Shown: positions 1-9,133 of the stretch, one piece after another | Position numbering within the stretch: the stretch's first letter is position 1 | How the letters are laid out: every line of letters begins with the position of its first letter | Assembly (NCBI GenBank): GCA_039714915.1 | Contig: JBDLIM010000007.1 | Location: 13,437-77,436 of the forward strand | Source of the DNA: Bacteroidota bacterium | GTDB taxonomy: Bacteria; Bacteroidota; Bacteroidia; Bacteroidales; GCA-2748055 | Direction: 5' to 3' | DNA: 64,000 bases | Position numbers and translations under genes: made by a program | Notes under the pieces: generated by a model | Told to the model about the DNA's origin: nothing | Seen by the model: the letters and a program-made list of their open reading frames with translations, nothing else | The model's database searches: none

Positions 1-982
1 TTGTATCTATGTGGCCATTGGACAGAAGGGTTCCACTGTGGCCAATATTCAGAAAACCCTGGAAGCAGCCGGTGCCATGGATTATACAGTTATTGTATCG
101 GCTACAGCTTCGGATCCGGCCGCACTTCAATTCTATGCGCCCTTTGCAGGTTGCTCCATTGGAGAGTATTTCCGTGATACAGGTCGCCCGGCATTGATTA
201 TTTACGATGATCTCTCCAAGCAGGCTGTCTCTTACCGGGAAGTTTCCCTGCTTTTGAGGCGCCCTCCCGGACGGGAAGCCTATCCTGGTGATGTGTTCTA
301 CCTTCACTCACGTTTGCTGGAGCGGGCTGCCAAGATCATTAAGTCCGATGAAATAGCTAAAAAGATGAATGATCTGCCCCCACAGCTTAAACCCCTTGTA
401 AAAGGAGGCGGATCCCTGACTGCCCTGCCCATCATTGAGACCCAGGCGGGTGACGTTTCCGCATACATTCCAACCAATGTGATCTCCATTACCGATGGAC
501 AGATCTTCCTGGAATCCAACCTGTTTAATGCAGGTGTACGGCCAGCCATTAATGTGGGGATCTCTGTTTCGAGGGTAGGAGGAAATGCCCAGATCAAATC
601 CATGAAGAAGATCGCCGGAACCCTGAAAATTGATCAGGCTTTGTTCCGGGAGCTGGAAGCTTTTGCCAAGTTCGGATCGGACCTGGATGCCGGTACCCTG
701 GCTGTGCTTGATAAGGGACGAAAGAATGTGGAGATTCTGAAACAGGATCAATATGCACCCATGCCCGTGGAGAAACAGGCCGCTATTATTTATTGCGGTA
801 CACAGGGACTGTTAGGCGAGATCCCGGTGGATAAGGTAAAAGAATTCGAAACCGATTTCCTTGAATATTTGGAACTGAAACACAAGGATACGCTGGCAGC
901 CCTTGCTCAGGGAAAGTTTTCGGACGATATCACCGGTGTAATTGAAAGTGCAGCAAAAGAAATCGTTGAGAAATTTAAATAG
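1..982 (+). CDS. atpA: F0F1 ATP synthase subunit alpha, 5'-truncated by the window edge (C-terminal ~2/3)
   Basis: The frame is open from position 2 ([14 protein letters not shown]...), upstream of the ORF-track Met at 11. It contains the conserved alpha-subunit stretches [48 protein letters not shown] and [32 protein letters not shown]. The gamma subunit gene follows 9 nt downstream. Confidence 0.95.
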   Translation, partial: CIYVAIGQKGSTVANIQKTLEAAGAMDYTVIVSATASDPAALQFYAPFAGCSIGEYFRDTGRPALIIYDDLSKQAVSYREVSLLLRRPPGREAYPGDVFYLHSRLLERAAKIIKSDEIAKKMNDLPPQLKPLVKGGGSLTALPIIETQAGDVSAYIPTNVISITDGQIFLESNLFNAGVRPAINVGISVSRVGGNAQIKSMKKIAGTLKIDQALFRELEAFAKFGSDLDAGTLAVLDKGRKNVEILKQDQYAPMPVEKQAAIIYCGTQGLLGEIPVDKVKEFETDFLEYLELKHKDTLAALAQGKFSDDITGVIESAAKEIVEKFK

Positions 983-991
983 CAATCCTAC

Positions 992-1879
992 ATGGCGAGT
1001 TTGAAGGAGATAAGGGAACGTAAGGTATCTGTGGCTTCCACCATGCAGATTACCAGTGCCATGAAGATGGTTTCTGCTGCCAAGCTGAAGAAGGCCCAGG
1101 ATGCCATCGTTCAGTTCAGGCCCTATGCTGATAAACTTAAAGAAATCCTTGCCAGCGTGGGTGATAGCATAAAGGATGATGAGGATAACATCTATGCCGA
1201 ACAGAGGGATAAGGAACGAATCCTTCTTGTATTGATTACTTCCAACCGGGGTTTATGCGGGGCTTTCAACTCCAACGCCATCAAAGCAACCATTCAAAGG
1301 GCTCTGACCCGGTATGATACGCAGATGATGGGCAGGCAGGTGGATTTTGTGGCTATTGGTAAAAAGGGAGCTGAATTTCTGCGAAAGAAAGGCTACAATG
1401 TGATTTTCGACGGCAGTGAGGTTTTCGATGACCTGAGCTTTGAACGTGTTGCAAGCATTGCAACTATGATCATGGGGCTTTTCACCGATAAGGAATATGA
1501 TCATGTGGATGTTATCTACAACCAGTTCAAGAATGCAGGAACTCAGATTCTCACCGTAGAACAATTCCTTCCCATTCAGGTGGATGATCTGACCGAAGCT
1601 GCAGGGACAGTCACCTTTGTGGATTACATTTTCGAACCTTCCAAAGCGTATATCGTGGAGGAGTTAATTCCAAGATCACTCAAACTACAGTTTTATAAAG
1701 CGATACTTGATTCCCATGCATCTGAACATGGGGCGCGCATGACGGCCATGCATAAAGCAACAGATAATGCCACCGAACTGTTGAAAGAGTTGAGTCTCCA
1801 GTTCAACAAGGCACGTCAGGCTTCCATCACCAAGGAAATTCTTGAGATTGTAAGTGGAGCAGAGGCCTTGAAGGGCTAA
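992..1879 (+). CDS. atpG: F0F1 ATP synthase subunit gamma
   Basis: 295 aa. The N-terminus MASLKEIRERKVSVASTMQITSAMKMVSAAKLKKAQ and the C-terminus HGARMTAMHKATDNA...QFNKARQASITKEILEIVSGAEAL are classic gamma-subunit helices. It lies directly after atpA. Confidence 0.95.
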   Translation: MASLKEIRERKVSVASTMQITSAMKMVSAAKLKKAQDAIVQFRPYADKLKEILASVGDSIKDDEDNIYAEQRDKERILLVLITSNRGLCGAFNSNAIKATIQRALTRYDTQMMGRQVDFVAIGKKGAEFLRKKGYNVIFDGSEVFDDLSFERVASIATMIMGLFTDKEYDHVDVIYNQFKNAGTQILTVEQFLPIQVDDLTEAAGTVTFVDYIFEPSKAYIVEELIPRSLKLQFYKAILDSHASEHGARMTAMHKATDNATELLKELSLQFNKARQASITKEILEIVSGAEALKG

Positions 1880-4596
1880 AGAGAAATCAGGACCATCACA
1901 GTACCATCTCCGGAGCTTGATGAACTTACTGCCTTACCTATAATGGCATTGCGTCTTCGCTCGTTTTCAGCAAGTAAAGATTTCAGTTCGGCAAAATCTT
2001 TTGCTTCATTCACATCCTTAAGCGTCCATTTCATGGCATGTCCCGGAGTGGAGGAGGTGGTAAGCAGATCACCGGGCTCGATGGGGCCATTCTCCTCAGT
2101 GATCTTGACAGGAACACGGCCTGTGAGGGCCAGCCTGGTGGCACTTACCCCCGGGATTGGTTCACCGGTTTCTTCGTTGATAACCAGATCCATGCCCATT
2201 ACCATATGGGGATCGGTGGTGACCACTCCCAGAACCGATGTCTGGTAGGCTTGTTGTGATTTAATCACACTCTCATCCTTATTTTTATCTGCCACCAGCA
2301 CATCTCCTGCTTCTGTATCTCCGTGGGTATCGTAAATATATTCAGCCACATCTATCGCTCCTCCGCTCCGCTGGTCAGCATAAAAACCAAGGTAATTGCC
2401 ATCAGAGCCTGTATCATAGAAGTAACCACTCCAATAGTTGGTGCCTGGCTTGTTCCTTGAAATAATGCCCATGATTCCATAAGCGTTCGAAGACGGATAG
2501 CTGGCATCGGTCTTGCTATATACATACAGGCCGTAATAAGAATTGGAGGGATAGATGTAGGTTCCTCCGTTCTTGTGTACCCTGAAGGCATCATGTTGCT
2601 CTGACACATCAGAGCCGGTGCCATTGCCAATCTGGAACAGGGGATCGGTACCAACCCATTCGGTGGCATTTCCATAGGAACGGTTGTAGACACCAATGGC
2701 AAATGAGTTCATGGATGCGGCACTGGTATAGCGGCCAAATGCAGTGGCGAATTGTCCTTCTGTCTTATTGGCAAATCCTGCTGCCAGGGAAAAAGGTGCA
2801 ATGGCCTGGTTACCAAAACCCACAGCCGTAGAGTAGATATCCAGGGCATCGTTATAAACCCCCAGCGAGATTCCTCCGTTTTCGGAGCGGTTTCCATTTC
2901 CAAGTGCAATGGAATAAGTACCAATGGCCTGGTTGTTTCGGTCAGCAAACAGGGGAAGTGAAACAAAGCTTCCTTTTGCAGCATCTGGCTGTTTACCTGA
3001 TTCTGTCTCCGGATCCAGCCCCTTTGGAAAGAGGGGGGGGATAATTATTATAGGAGGTAGGAAGATCAGGGATTTGTAGTAATGGGCTCCCATGGATATG
3101 GATTTGGAGCCCTCAGCTATCGCATTATATCCGATGGCTGTGGCCAGTTGATAGGATGCAATGCTACCGGTTCCAATGGCCACTGCATTCGGACCGGAAG
3201 CCTCTGCTCCTGATCCAATACTGATGGCCGTATCACCGGTTGCAACTGCATTGGCACCTATGGACAGGGCATAGGGTGCACTGGCCACACTTGAATACCC
3301 AAGGCTTAACGACCTTAAACCACTTGAGGTGGCGATCATCCCGAGTGCCATGGATCTTTCTCCTGTGGCTCTCGCATAGAGACCGAAGGAGTGGGAGTAG
3401 AGACCTGAAGCTTCAGACCTGTAACCAATAGCTGTGGAATAATCATTAAGTGCATCACTTCCGGTACCCAGGCCCATGGAAGAGACACCTGTGGCACTGG
3501 ATCCCACTCCTATGGCAAAAGAACGGTAGCCTGAGGCAACCGCCCCGGAACCCAGGGCATATGAATCTTCCCCTTTTGCGATACTCCTGTTGCCAAAGGA
3601 GGTGGAGAAGTTCCCTATGGACATGCTCCTGTATCCAAAAGCCTGTGAGTAATTACCCATGGCGACTGACTTATATCCCATGGCTGTGGAATTCTGACCC
3701 ACACTATCCACCGAACCGATCTGGATATTCCCGGCCAGGAAGGCTTCTTTGCGGGGATACCACATAATCTGTGATTTATCTTTTACCACATCCACAGCCT
3801 CTTGCCCTGACACGTTCAGGTAGATATCGTCCTGAAAACCCTTTGCGGACGAAGGCTTATATCCGCCTACTGCAAATCCGCCTTTCACTCCCTTGTTCCG
3901 GGGATCGGAATCAATGTAGATCCGTACACTATCGGAAGAAACCCGCAAATATTCTTCGGTTACTCCTTTTACCGGATTGTATCCTCCAACGGCAAAGCCA
4001 CCCTTGGCTCCTTTAGCTGCATTGGGATCCGAATAGACCCAGACCATATCCTCGTATACGGCAAAGACCGGTTGTCCGTCTTTCCGCCTCACCATGAACA
4101 GGGCTTCGCCAGGCAGAGGATCTTCGTTGGGCTGAACACTGAAAGAACCTGCTGCACTTTTGGCCGAAGTTGCATATTGTGCCAGTGGTACGGTCTGGAC
4201 CGCAGAGCCGCCCATATCCATAAAATCGTTGTCGACTTTCAGATATACCCTAAGAAAGTAAGGGAAGGCTGACCAGTCAATCTGGTTAAAAGCTTTTGCA
4301 CTTCCGCCCTGATTCATGGCTTTTGGATCACCTACCGTCAGGGTAAACAAACCAAAGGGACTCGTAAGGACATCGTGTTCCTCGCTCCATATTAATTCTC
4401 CATCGATCCCGTATGCATGAATGGCAATTCTGACGGTCAGGTTTTGATCACCGAGGGGAGTACCTGAAAGGTCCCTGGCAACTGCCTGGTAAGTGAATCC
4501 CTGTTCTGTTTGAGCAAAGAGTTTTCCCGATGTGAGCAGTGCGAAAAACAGGAAAACAATGGCAAACCTATTAAATTTAGGAGCTGGCATCATCAT
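1876..4596 (-). CDS. Secreted surface protein with YadA-head/Hep_Hag-like degenerate repeats and a tail-fibre/pre-neck-appendage-like C-terminal domain
   Basis: 906 aa with a signal peptide (MMMPAPKFNRFAIVFLFFALLTSGKLFAQ). The central ~400 aa consist of G-x-x-S-x-A-x-G type repeats (AMGYKSVAMGNYSQAFGYRSMSIGNFSTSFGNRSIAKGEDSYALGSGAVASGYRSFAIG...). These are followed by LFQIGNGTG...HDAFRVHKNG, and the C-terminus has AIDVAEYIYD...SVLGVVTT...GDLLTTSSTPGHAMKW. That layout resembles phage appendage or autochaperone-type ends; this is recognised from memory and was not searched. Confidence 0.7.
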   Translation of the reverse strand: MMMPAPKFNRFAIVFLFFALLTSGKLFAQTEQGFTYQAVARDLSGTPLGDQNLTVRIAIHAYGIDGELIWSEEHDVLTSPFGLFTLTVGDPKAMNQGGSAKAFNQIDWSAFPYFLRVYLKVDNDFMDMGGSAVQTVPLAQYATSAKSAAGSFSVQPNEDPLPGEALFMVRRKDGQPVFAVYEDMVWVYSDPNAAKGAKGGFAVGGYNPVKGVTEEYLRVSSDSVRIYIDSDPRNKGVKGGFAVGGYKPSSAKGFQDDIYLNVSGQEAVDVVKDKSQIMWYPRKEAFLAGNIQIGSVDSVGQNSTAMGYKSVAMGNYSQAFGYRSMSIGNFSTSFGNRSIAKGEDSYALGSGAVASGYRSFAIGVGSSATGVSSMGLGTGSDALNDYSTAIGYRSEASGLYSHSFGLYARATGERSMALGMIATSSGLRSLSLGYSSVASAPYALSIGANAVATGDTAISIGSGAEASGPNAVAIGTGSIASYQLATAIGYNAIAEGSKSISMGAHYYKSLIFLPPIIIIPPLFPKGLDPETESGKQPDAAKGSFVSLPLFADRNNQAIGTYSIALGNGNRSENGGISLGVYNDALDIYSTAVGFGNQAIAPFSLAAGFANKTEGQFATAFGRYTSAASMNSFAIGVYNRSYGNATEWVGTDPLFQIGNGTGSDVSEQHDAFRVHKNGGTYIYPSNSYYGLYVYSKTDASYPSSNAYGIMGIISRNKPGTNYWSGYFYDTGSDGNYLGFYADQRSGGAIDVAEYIYDTHGDTEAGDVLVADKNKDESVIKSQQAYQTSVLGVVTTDPHMVMGMDLVINEETGEPIPGVSATRLALTGRVPVKITEENGPIEPGDLLTTSSTPGHAMKWTLKDVNEAKDFAELKSLLAENERRRNAIIGKAVSSSSSGDGTVMVLISL

Positions 4597-4649
4597 ATAT
4601 GTTTGTAGTTAAAGCTGCAGGTATGAATATACAAAGAATACACTAAGAG

Positions 4650-7600
4650 CTAGTATTCATCCCAACTTTTGATGGCGATATCCTCCAGGCTCATCTTACA
4701 GATGGCATAAATGAATGCCGATGCCAGCCTGGCGTTGGTGATAAGCGGAATGTTAAAATCCACCGCGCCCCGCCTGATGCTGTAATCGTTGGATAATTCG
4801 TGCGAAGACAGGTCTTTGGGAATGTTGACCACCAGGTCGATCTTTTTGGCCTTCAGGTAGTCCAACACATTGGGTTTCCGGTCCTCATCGGGCCAGGCCA
4901 GATCGATGGATTCAATACCATTTAACCTCAGGAATTCATGGGTCCCATGGGTGGCAAAAAGATGGTAGCCTTTATCGACCAGCATTTTACATGAATTCAC
5001 CAGCTCCACTTTTGAGCGCATTCCACCTGTGGAAAGGAGGATGTTCTTTTTTGGAATGGTATAACCCACCGAAAGCATGGCTTTCAGAATAGCCTCGTAG
5101 TAATTGTCGCCTATGCATCCTACCTCACCGGTGGACGACATATCCACACCCAGCACCGGATCTGCTTTTTTGAGCCTCGAGAAAGAGAACTGAGGAGCTT
5201 TACACCCGATATAGTCCAGGTCGAAAATAGATTTATGTGGTTTTTCGACTGGCACCTTTAGCATGATCTTGGTGGCCTGGTCAATCAGGTTTGACTTCAG
5301 GACCTTGGAGACGAAGGGCATGCTCCGGGAGGCTCGCAGATTACACTCGATCACTTTAATGTCATTGTCTTTAGCCAGAAATTGCATGTTAAACGGACCT
5401 GAGATTTCCAGGGCTTCGGCCAGTTGCCTGGCAATTTTCTTGATTCGTCTGACCGTTTCAAAATAGATTTTCTGGGGTGGAAACACCATGGTAGCATCCC
5501 CAGAGTGCACACCGGCAAATTCTACATGCTCGGAGATGGCATAGGAAAATAACTCTCCCTCGCGGGCCACAGCATCAATTTCTATTTCTTTAGCCTGTTC
5601 AATAAATTCTGAGACCACTACCGGGTACTGTTTTGATACCCTGGCTGCCAGTGTAAGGAATCCTTCCAGTTCTTCGCTGTTAGATACCACATTCATAGCT
5701 GCACCCGACAGGACATAGGACGGTCTAACCAGCAGGGGAAAACCAACTACATCTACAAAAGAAATAATTTCATCCATGCTGCTCAGCTCCTTCCACCTGG
5801 GCTGATCAATGCCCAGCCGGTCCAGCATCATGGAAAATTTATGCCTGTTTTCAGCTTTATCTATGGATTCAGGTGAGGTACCCAGTATATGAACATCCTG
5901 ATCATGCAGGCGCATGGCCAGGTTGTTGGGGATCTGACCACCCACAGATACAATAACCCCTTTGGGCGATTCAAGATCGTAAATATCCATGACCCGTTCA
6001 TAGGATAGCTCATCGAAATAAAGGCGGTCACAAACATCATAGTCAGTGGATACAGTTTCAGGATTATAGTTGATCATAATGGAACGATATCCTTCCTCAT
6101 TCACCGTTTTCAGGGCATTTACACTGCACCAGTCAAATTCCACACTGGATCCGATTCGATAGGCACCCGATCCAAGGACAATTACCGAGCGCTGGTCGGA
6201 GAAGAATTCTATATCATGCTCAGATCCACTGTAGGTAAGGTACAGGTAATTGGTCTGAGCCGGGTATTCTGCTGCCAGGGTGTCAATTTGCTTTACACTG
6301 GGCAGAATCTTGCGTTTCTTCCGGTGCTTCCTCACCTTCTGCAGGTTCTCGGATACATCTCCCGCCATGACCAGGCGGGCCACCTGGAAGTCACTAAAGC
6401 CGGCCTTTTTGGATTGAAGCAGTAACTCATCTTCAAGCTCCTCCAGGGAGCTTACCTGTTCAAGTTCCAGCTTCAGGTCATAGATATTCTTCAGCTTCAC
6501 AAGGAACCACCTATCAATCCGGGTTAACTCGTGGATCCTGTCTATAGAGTAACCCTCCTGGAATGCCTTTTCAATAACCATGATCCTCATATCGGTAGGT
6601 TCCGAAAGCTCATGGTCAATGTTTTCAATTTCCATCTCGTGATTCCCCACAAAACCATGCATGCCCTGACCGATCATCCGTATCCCCTTCTGGATGGCTT
6701 CTTCAAAAGTGCGACCAATGGCCATCACCTCTCCCACCGATTTCATGCTCGAATCGATCAGCTTGGATACTCCCTGAAACTTATTCAGGTCCCAGCGGGG
6801 AATTTTACAGACAATGTAATCCAGTGCGGGCTCGAAGAAGGCTGAGGTGGTTTTTGTGATGGAATTCCTCAGCTGATGCAAACCAAATCCCAGCGCCAGC
6901 TTAGCCGCTACAAAAGCAAGCGGGTAACCGGTTGCCTTGCTGGCCAGCGCCGATGAACGGGAAAGCCTGGCATTTACCTCTATCACCCTGTAATCTTCCG
7001 AGTCGGGATCCAGGGCGTACTGAACATTGCATTCCCCGATAATCCCTATGTGCCGGATGATGTCTATGGAAAGCTTTCTGAGCTTGTGATATTCACTGTT
7101 GGTCAGGGTCTGAGAGGGAGCTACCACAATACTCTCGCCTGTATGGATCCCCAGGGGATCAAAATTCTCCATATTACAGACCGTAATACAGTTGTCGAAG
7201 CGGTCCCTCACCACTTCGTATTCTACCTCTTTCCACCCCTTCAGAGACTCTTCTACCAGGATCTGGGGGGAATATGAAAAAGCTTTTTTTGCCAGCTTAT
7301 CAAGATCCCCTTTATTGTAACAGAAACCACTTCCCTGGCCACCCAGGGTATAGGCAGCTCTGATGATGATGGGATAGCCAAGTTCTTCGGCCGCTTTGTG
7401 TGCATCCTCCTCTGAAGTAACGGCCATGCTGCGGGCAGTCCTTACTTTGATCTCATCCAGCTTGTCTACAAAAAGCTCCCTGTCTTCGGTATCCATGATG
7501 GCCTGAACAGGAGTACCAAGTACCTTTACATTGTGGTCTTCCAGAATTCCCGATTTGTACAGTGCCACTCCGCAATTTAAGGCAGTCTGACCACCAAAGG

Positions 7601-7859
7601 CCAGCAGTATACCGTCGGGTTTTTCTTTCTTGATGACCCTTTCCACAAAATGAGGAGTTACGGGAAGGTAATATATCTTATCGGCTACTTCCTCGGAAGT
7701 CTGTACTGTAGCGATGTTGGGATTGATCAATACTGTAAAAACATCTTCTTCCCGGAGGGCTTTCAGGGCCTGGGAGCCTGAATAATCGAATTCACCGGCT
7801 TCCCCGATTTTTAATGCGCCTGATCCAAGGATCACCACTTTTTTGATTGAGTCGTTCAT
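4650..7859 (-). CDS. carB: Carbamoyl-phosphate synthase large subunit
   Basis: 1069 aa. It shows duplicated ATP-grasp architecture: VVILGSGALKIGEAGEFDYSGSQA near the N-terminus and VIVLGSGAYRIGSSVEFDWCSV at mid-protein, with an MGS-like C-terminal domain. Confidence 0.97.
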   Translation of the reverse strand: MNDSIKKVVILGSGALKIGEAGEFDYSGSQALKALREEDVFTVLINPNIATVQTSEEVADKIYYLPVTPHFVERVIKKEKPDGILLAFGGQTALNCGVALYKSGILEDHNVKVLGTPVQAIMDTEDRELFVDKLDEIKVRTARSMAVTSEEDAHKAAEELGYPIIIRAAYTLGGQGSGFCYNKGDLDKLAKKAFSYSPQILVEESLKGWKEVEYEVVRDRFDNCITVCNMENFDPLGIHTGESIVVAPSQTLTNSEYHKLRKLSIDIIRHIGIIGECNVQYALDPDSEDYRVIEVNARLSRSSALASKATGYPLAFVAAKLALGFGLHQLRNSITKTTSAFFEPALDYIVCKIPRWDLNKFQGVSKLIDSSMKSVGEVMAIGRTFEEAIQKGIRMIGQGMHGFVGNHEMEIENIDHELSEPTDMRIMVIEKAFQEGYSIDRIHELTRIDRWFLVKLKNIYDLKLELEQVSSLEELEDELLLQSKKAGFSDFQVARLVMAGDVSENLQKVRKHRKKRKILPSVKQIDTLAAEYPAQTNYLYLTYSGSEHDIEFFSDQRSVIVLGSGAYRIGSSVEFDWCSVNALKTVNEEGYRSIMINYNPETVSTDYDVCDRLYFDELSYERVMDIYDLESPKGVIVSVGGQIPNNLAMRLHDQDVHILGTSPESIDKAENRHKFSMMLDRLGIDQPRWKELSSMDEIISFVDVVGFPLLVRPSYVLSGAAMNVVSNSEELEGFLTLAARVSKQYPVVVSEFIEQAKEIEIDAVAREGELFSYAISEHVEFAGVHSGDATMVFPPQKIYFETVRRIKKIARQLAEALEISGPFNMQFLAKDNDIKVIECNLRASRSMPFVSKVLKSNLIDQATKIMLKVPVEKPHKSIFDLDYIGCKAPQFSFSRLKKADPVLGVDMSSTGEVGCIGDNYYEAILKAMLSVGYTIPKKNILLSTGGMRSKVELVNSCKMLVDKGYHLFATHGTHEFLRLNGIESIDLAWPDEDRKPNVLDYLKAKKIDLVVNIPKDLSSHELSNDYSIRRGAVDFNIPLITNARLASAFIYAICKMSLEDIAIKSWDEY

Positions 7860-7982
7860 TTTAATGGCCTAAGTGACTGTTAATTTGTGGATCAGGAGGA
7901 CCCTGCAGGGGGGTTCCGGAGTCCATGTATTCCGGGGTGTAAAAATAGAAAAAAAAGCTGAGAGATTGGTGTAAAACCAAAT

Positions 7983-8021
7983 TAATGTATAAATTTGCAT
8001 CCCTAATGTATAAATATACAA
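7983..8021. promoter_or_regulatory. Pair of candidate ARG boxes (ArgR operators) in the carB/argR divergent region
   Basis: There are two 18-bp boxes, TAATGTATAAATTTGCAT (7983-8000) and TAATGTATAAATATACAA (8004-8021). Their starts are 21 bp apart, so they are 18-mers separated by 3 bp. The core of box 2, TGTATAAATATACA, is an inverted repeat and matches the classical TGAAT-wwww-ATTCA ARG-box core at 12 of 14 positions. The boxes lie immediately upstream of the argR start at 8023. Confidence 0.5.
7990..7997 (+). promoter_or_regulatory. Candidate Bacteroidota -7 promoter element (TAnnTTTG) for argR
   Basis: TAAATTTG sits 26 nt upstream of the argR GTG start and is embedded in ARG box 1, which is compatible with autoregulation. 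Confidence 0.35.
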
Positions 8022-8022
8022 A

Positions 8023-8502
8023 GTGAAAAACAGGAACGAAAGATTGATGGAGATTCGCAGGCTTATAGGAAGCCGGAATATTTCCAGTCAGGAAGAACTG
8101 ATGAACCTCCTGCTTAAGGAGGGATATGAGCTCACCCAGGCCACGCTGTCGAGAGATCTTAAATACCTGAGAGTGGCTAAGATGCCCGACGAGAAGGAAG
8201 GTTATGTGTATATATTGCCCGATAAGGAGCAGGCGGTAGAAGAGGCGGTAGCGAACGGGTCAGGAATGAGCGGACTGATTTCCATTGATTTTGCACAGGG
8301 TATGGCGATTTTAAAAACCCTGCCGGGTCATGCAGGGATGATTGCCTATACCATTGACAACCTGGGAGCCTATGAGATTGCAGCCACCATTGCTGGCGAC
8401 GATACCATTTTACTGGTTCCCCGGGACGGGGTTTCAAGGACTGATGTGGTAAATGCGCTTAAGGTAAAGATGCCGGGCTTGATTCAGGACTACGTGCACT
8501 GA
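8023..8502 (+). CDS. argR: Arginine repressor
   Basis: 159 aa with a GTG start. It has a winged-helix N-terminus with SQEELMNLLLKEGYELTQATLSRDLKYL, and the C-terminal oligomerisation and arginine-binding part has AGDDTILLV. It heads an arginine biosynthesis cluster. Confidence 0.9.
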   Translation: MKNRNERLMEIRRLIGSRNISSQEELMNLLLKEGYELTQATLSRDLKYLRVAKMPDEKEGYVYILPDKEQAVEEAVANGSGMSGLISIDFAQGMAILKTLPGHAGMIAYTIDNLGAYEIAATIAGDDTILLVPRDGVSRTDVVNALKVKMPGLIQDYVH

Positions 8503-8523
8503 TCGCTTTTAAACAGGAAAAGA

Positions 8524-9123
8524 ATGATACACGATATAGAGATTACCATCGCCTCAGGGGTACACCTTAACTATGTGCAGGAGATAGAACAGGCACTGCT
8601 GATAGCTTCACAGCAGAAGGGAACGGGAATTGCAGTCAGAAGCAGGGAATACCTGACCGGCAAGATTGATGAAGGGAAAGCCGTGATTGCCCTGAGCGGA
8701 GAAGGCAAATGGGCCGGATTCTGCTACATTGAATCCTGGGGTCATAATAAGTTTGTGGCCAATTCCGGATTGATAGTTTCTCCCGGTTACAGGGGAGTGG
8801 GGCTGGCCAATGAAATAAAGAGACGGGCCTTTGAATTATCTGCGACGCTTTTTCCGGGAGCCAGGCTATTTGGTTTAACCACCAGCCTGGCCGTGATGAA
8901 AATCAACAGCGGACTGGGATATAAACCTGTGACCTTTTCTGAGCTGACCGATGACGAGCAGTTCTGGAAGGGCTGTGAAACCTGCCCCTATTACGATATC
9001 CTGGTCAGGACCAGAAGAGATGACTGCCTGTGCACAGCCATGATCATGGATCCGGCGGAGAAGCAGAAGGTAAACGGAAAGGCCAGTAAAGCCGGAATCA
9101 AAGTGAATATTAACCACACCTGA
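8524..9123 (+). CDS. GNAT family N-acyltransferase (candidate N-acyl-glutamate synthase of the arginine pathway)
   Basis: 199 aa with a GNAT acyl-CoA motif (IVSPGYRGVGLANEIKRRAFEL). Its position between argR and argG is typical of Bacteroidota arg clusters. The substrate (acetyl versus succinyl) cannot be told from the sequence. Confidence 0.75.
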   Translation: MIHDIEITIASGVHLNYVQEIEQALLIASQQKGTGIAVRSREYLTGKIDEGKAVIALSGEGKWAGFCYIESWGHNKFVANSGLIVSPGYRGVGLANEIKRRAFELSATLFPGARLFGLTTSLAVMKINSGLGYKPVTFSELTDDEQFWKGCETCPYYDILVRTRRDDCLCTAMIMDPAEKQKVNGKASKAGIKVNINHT

Positions 9124-9133
9124 TAAACAAGCC

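Noticed and set aside
1876-4596. Whether the tail-fibre-like protein marks a prophage or mobile element.
   Set aside because: It is a single gene flanked by atpG and carB. No integrase, capsid, terminase, tail or att-like repeats are visible, and by eye I saw no compositional break. It is better treated as a domesticated or stand-alone surface protein.
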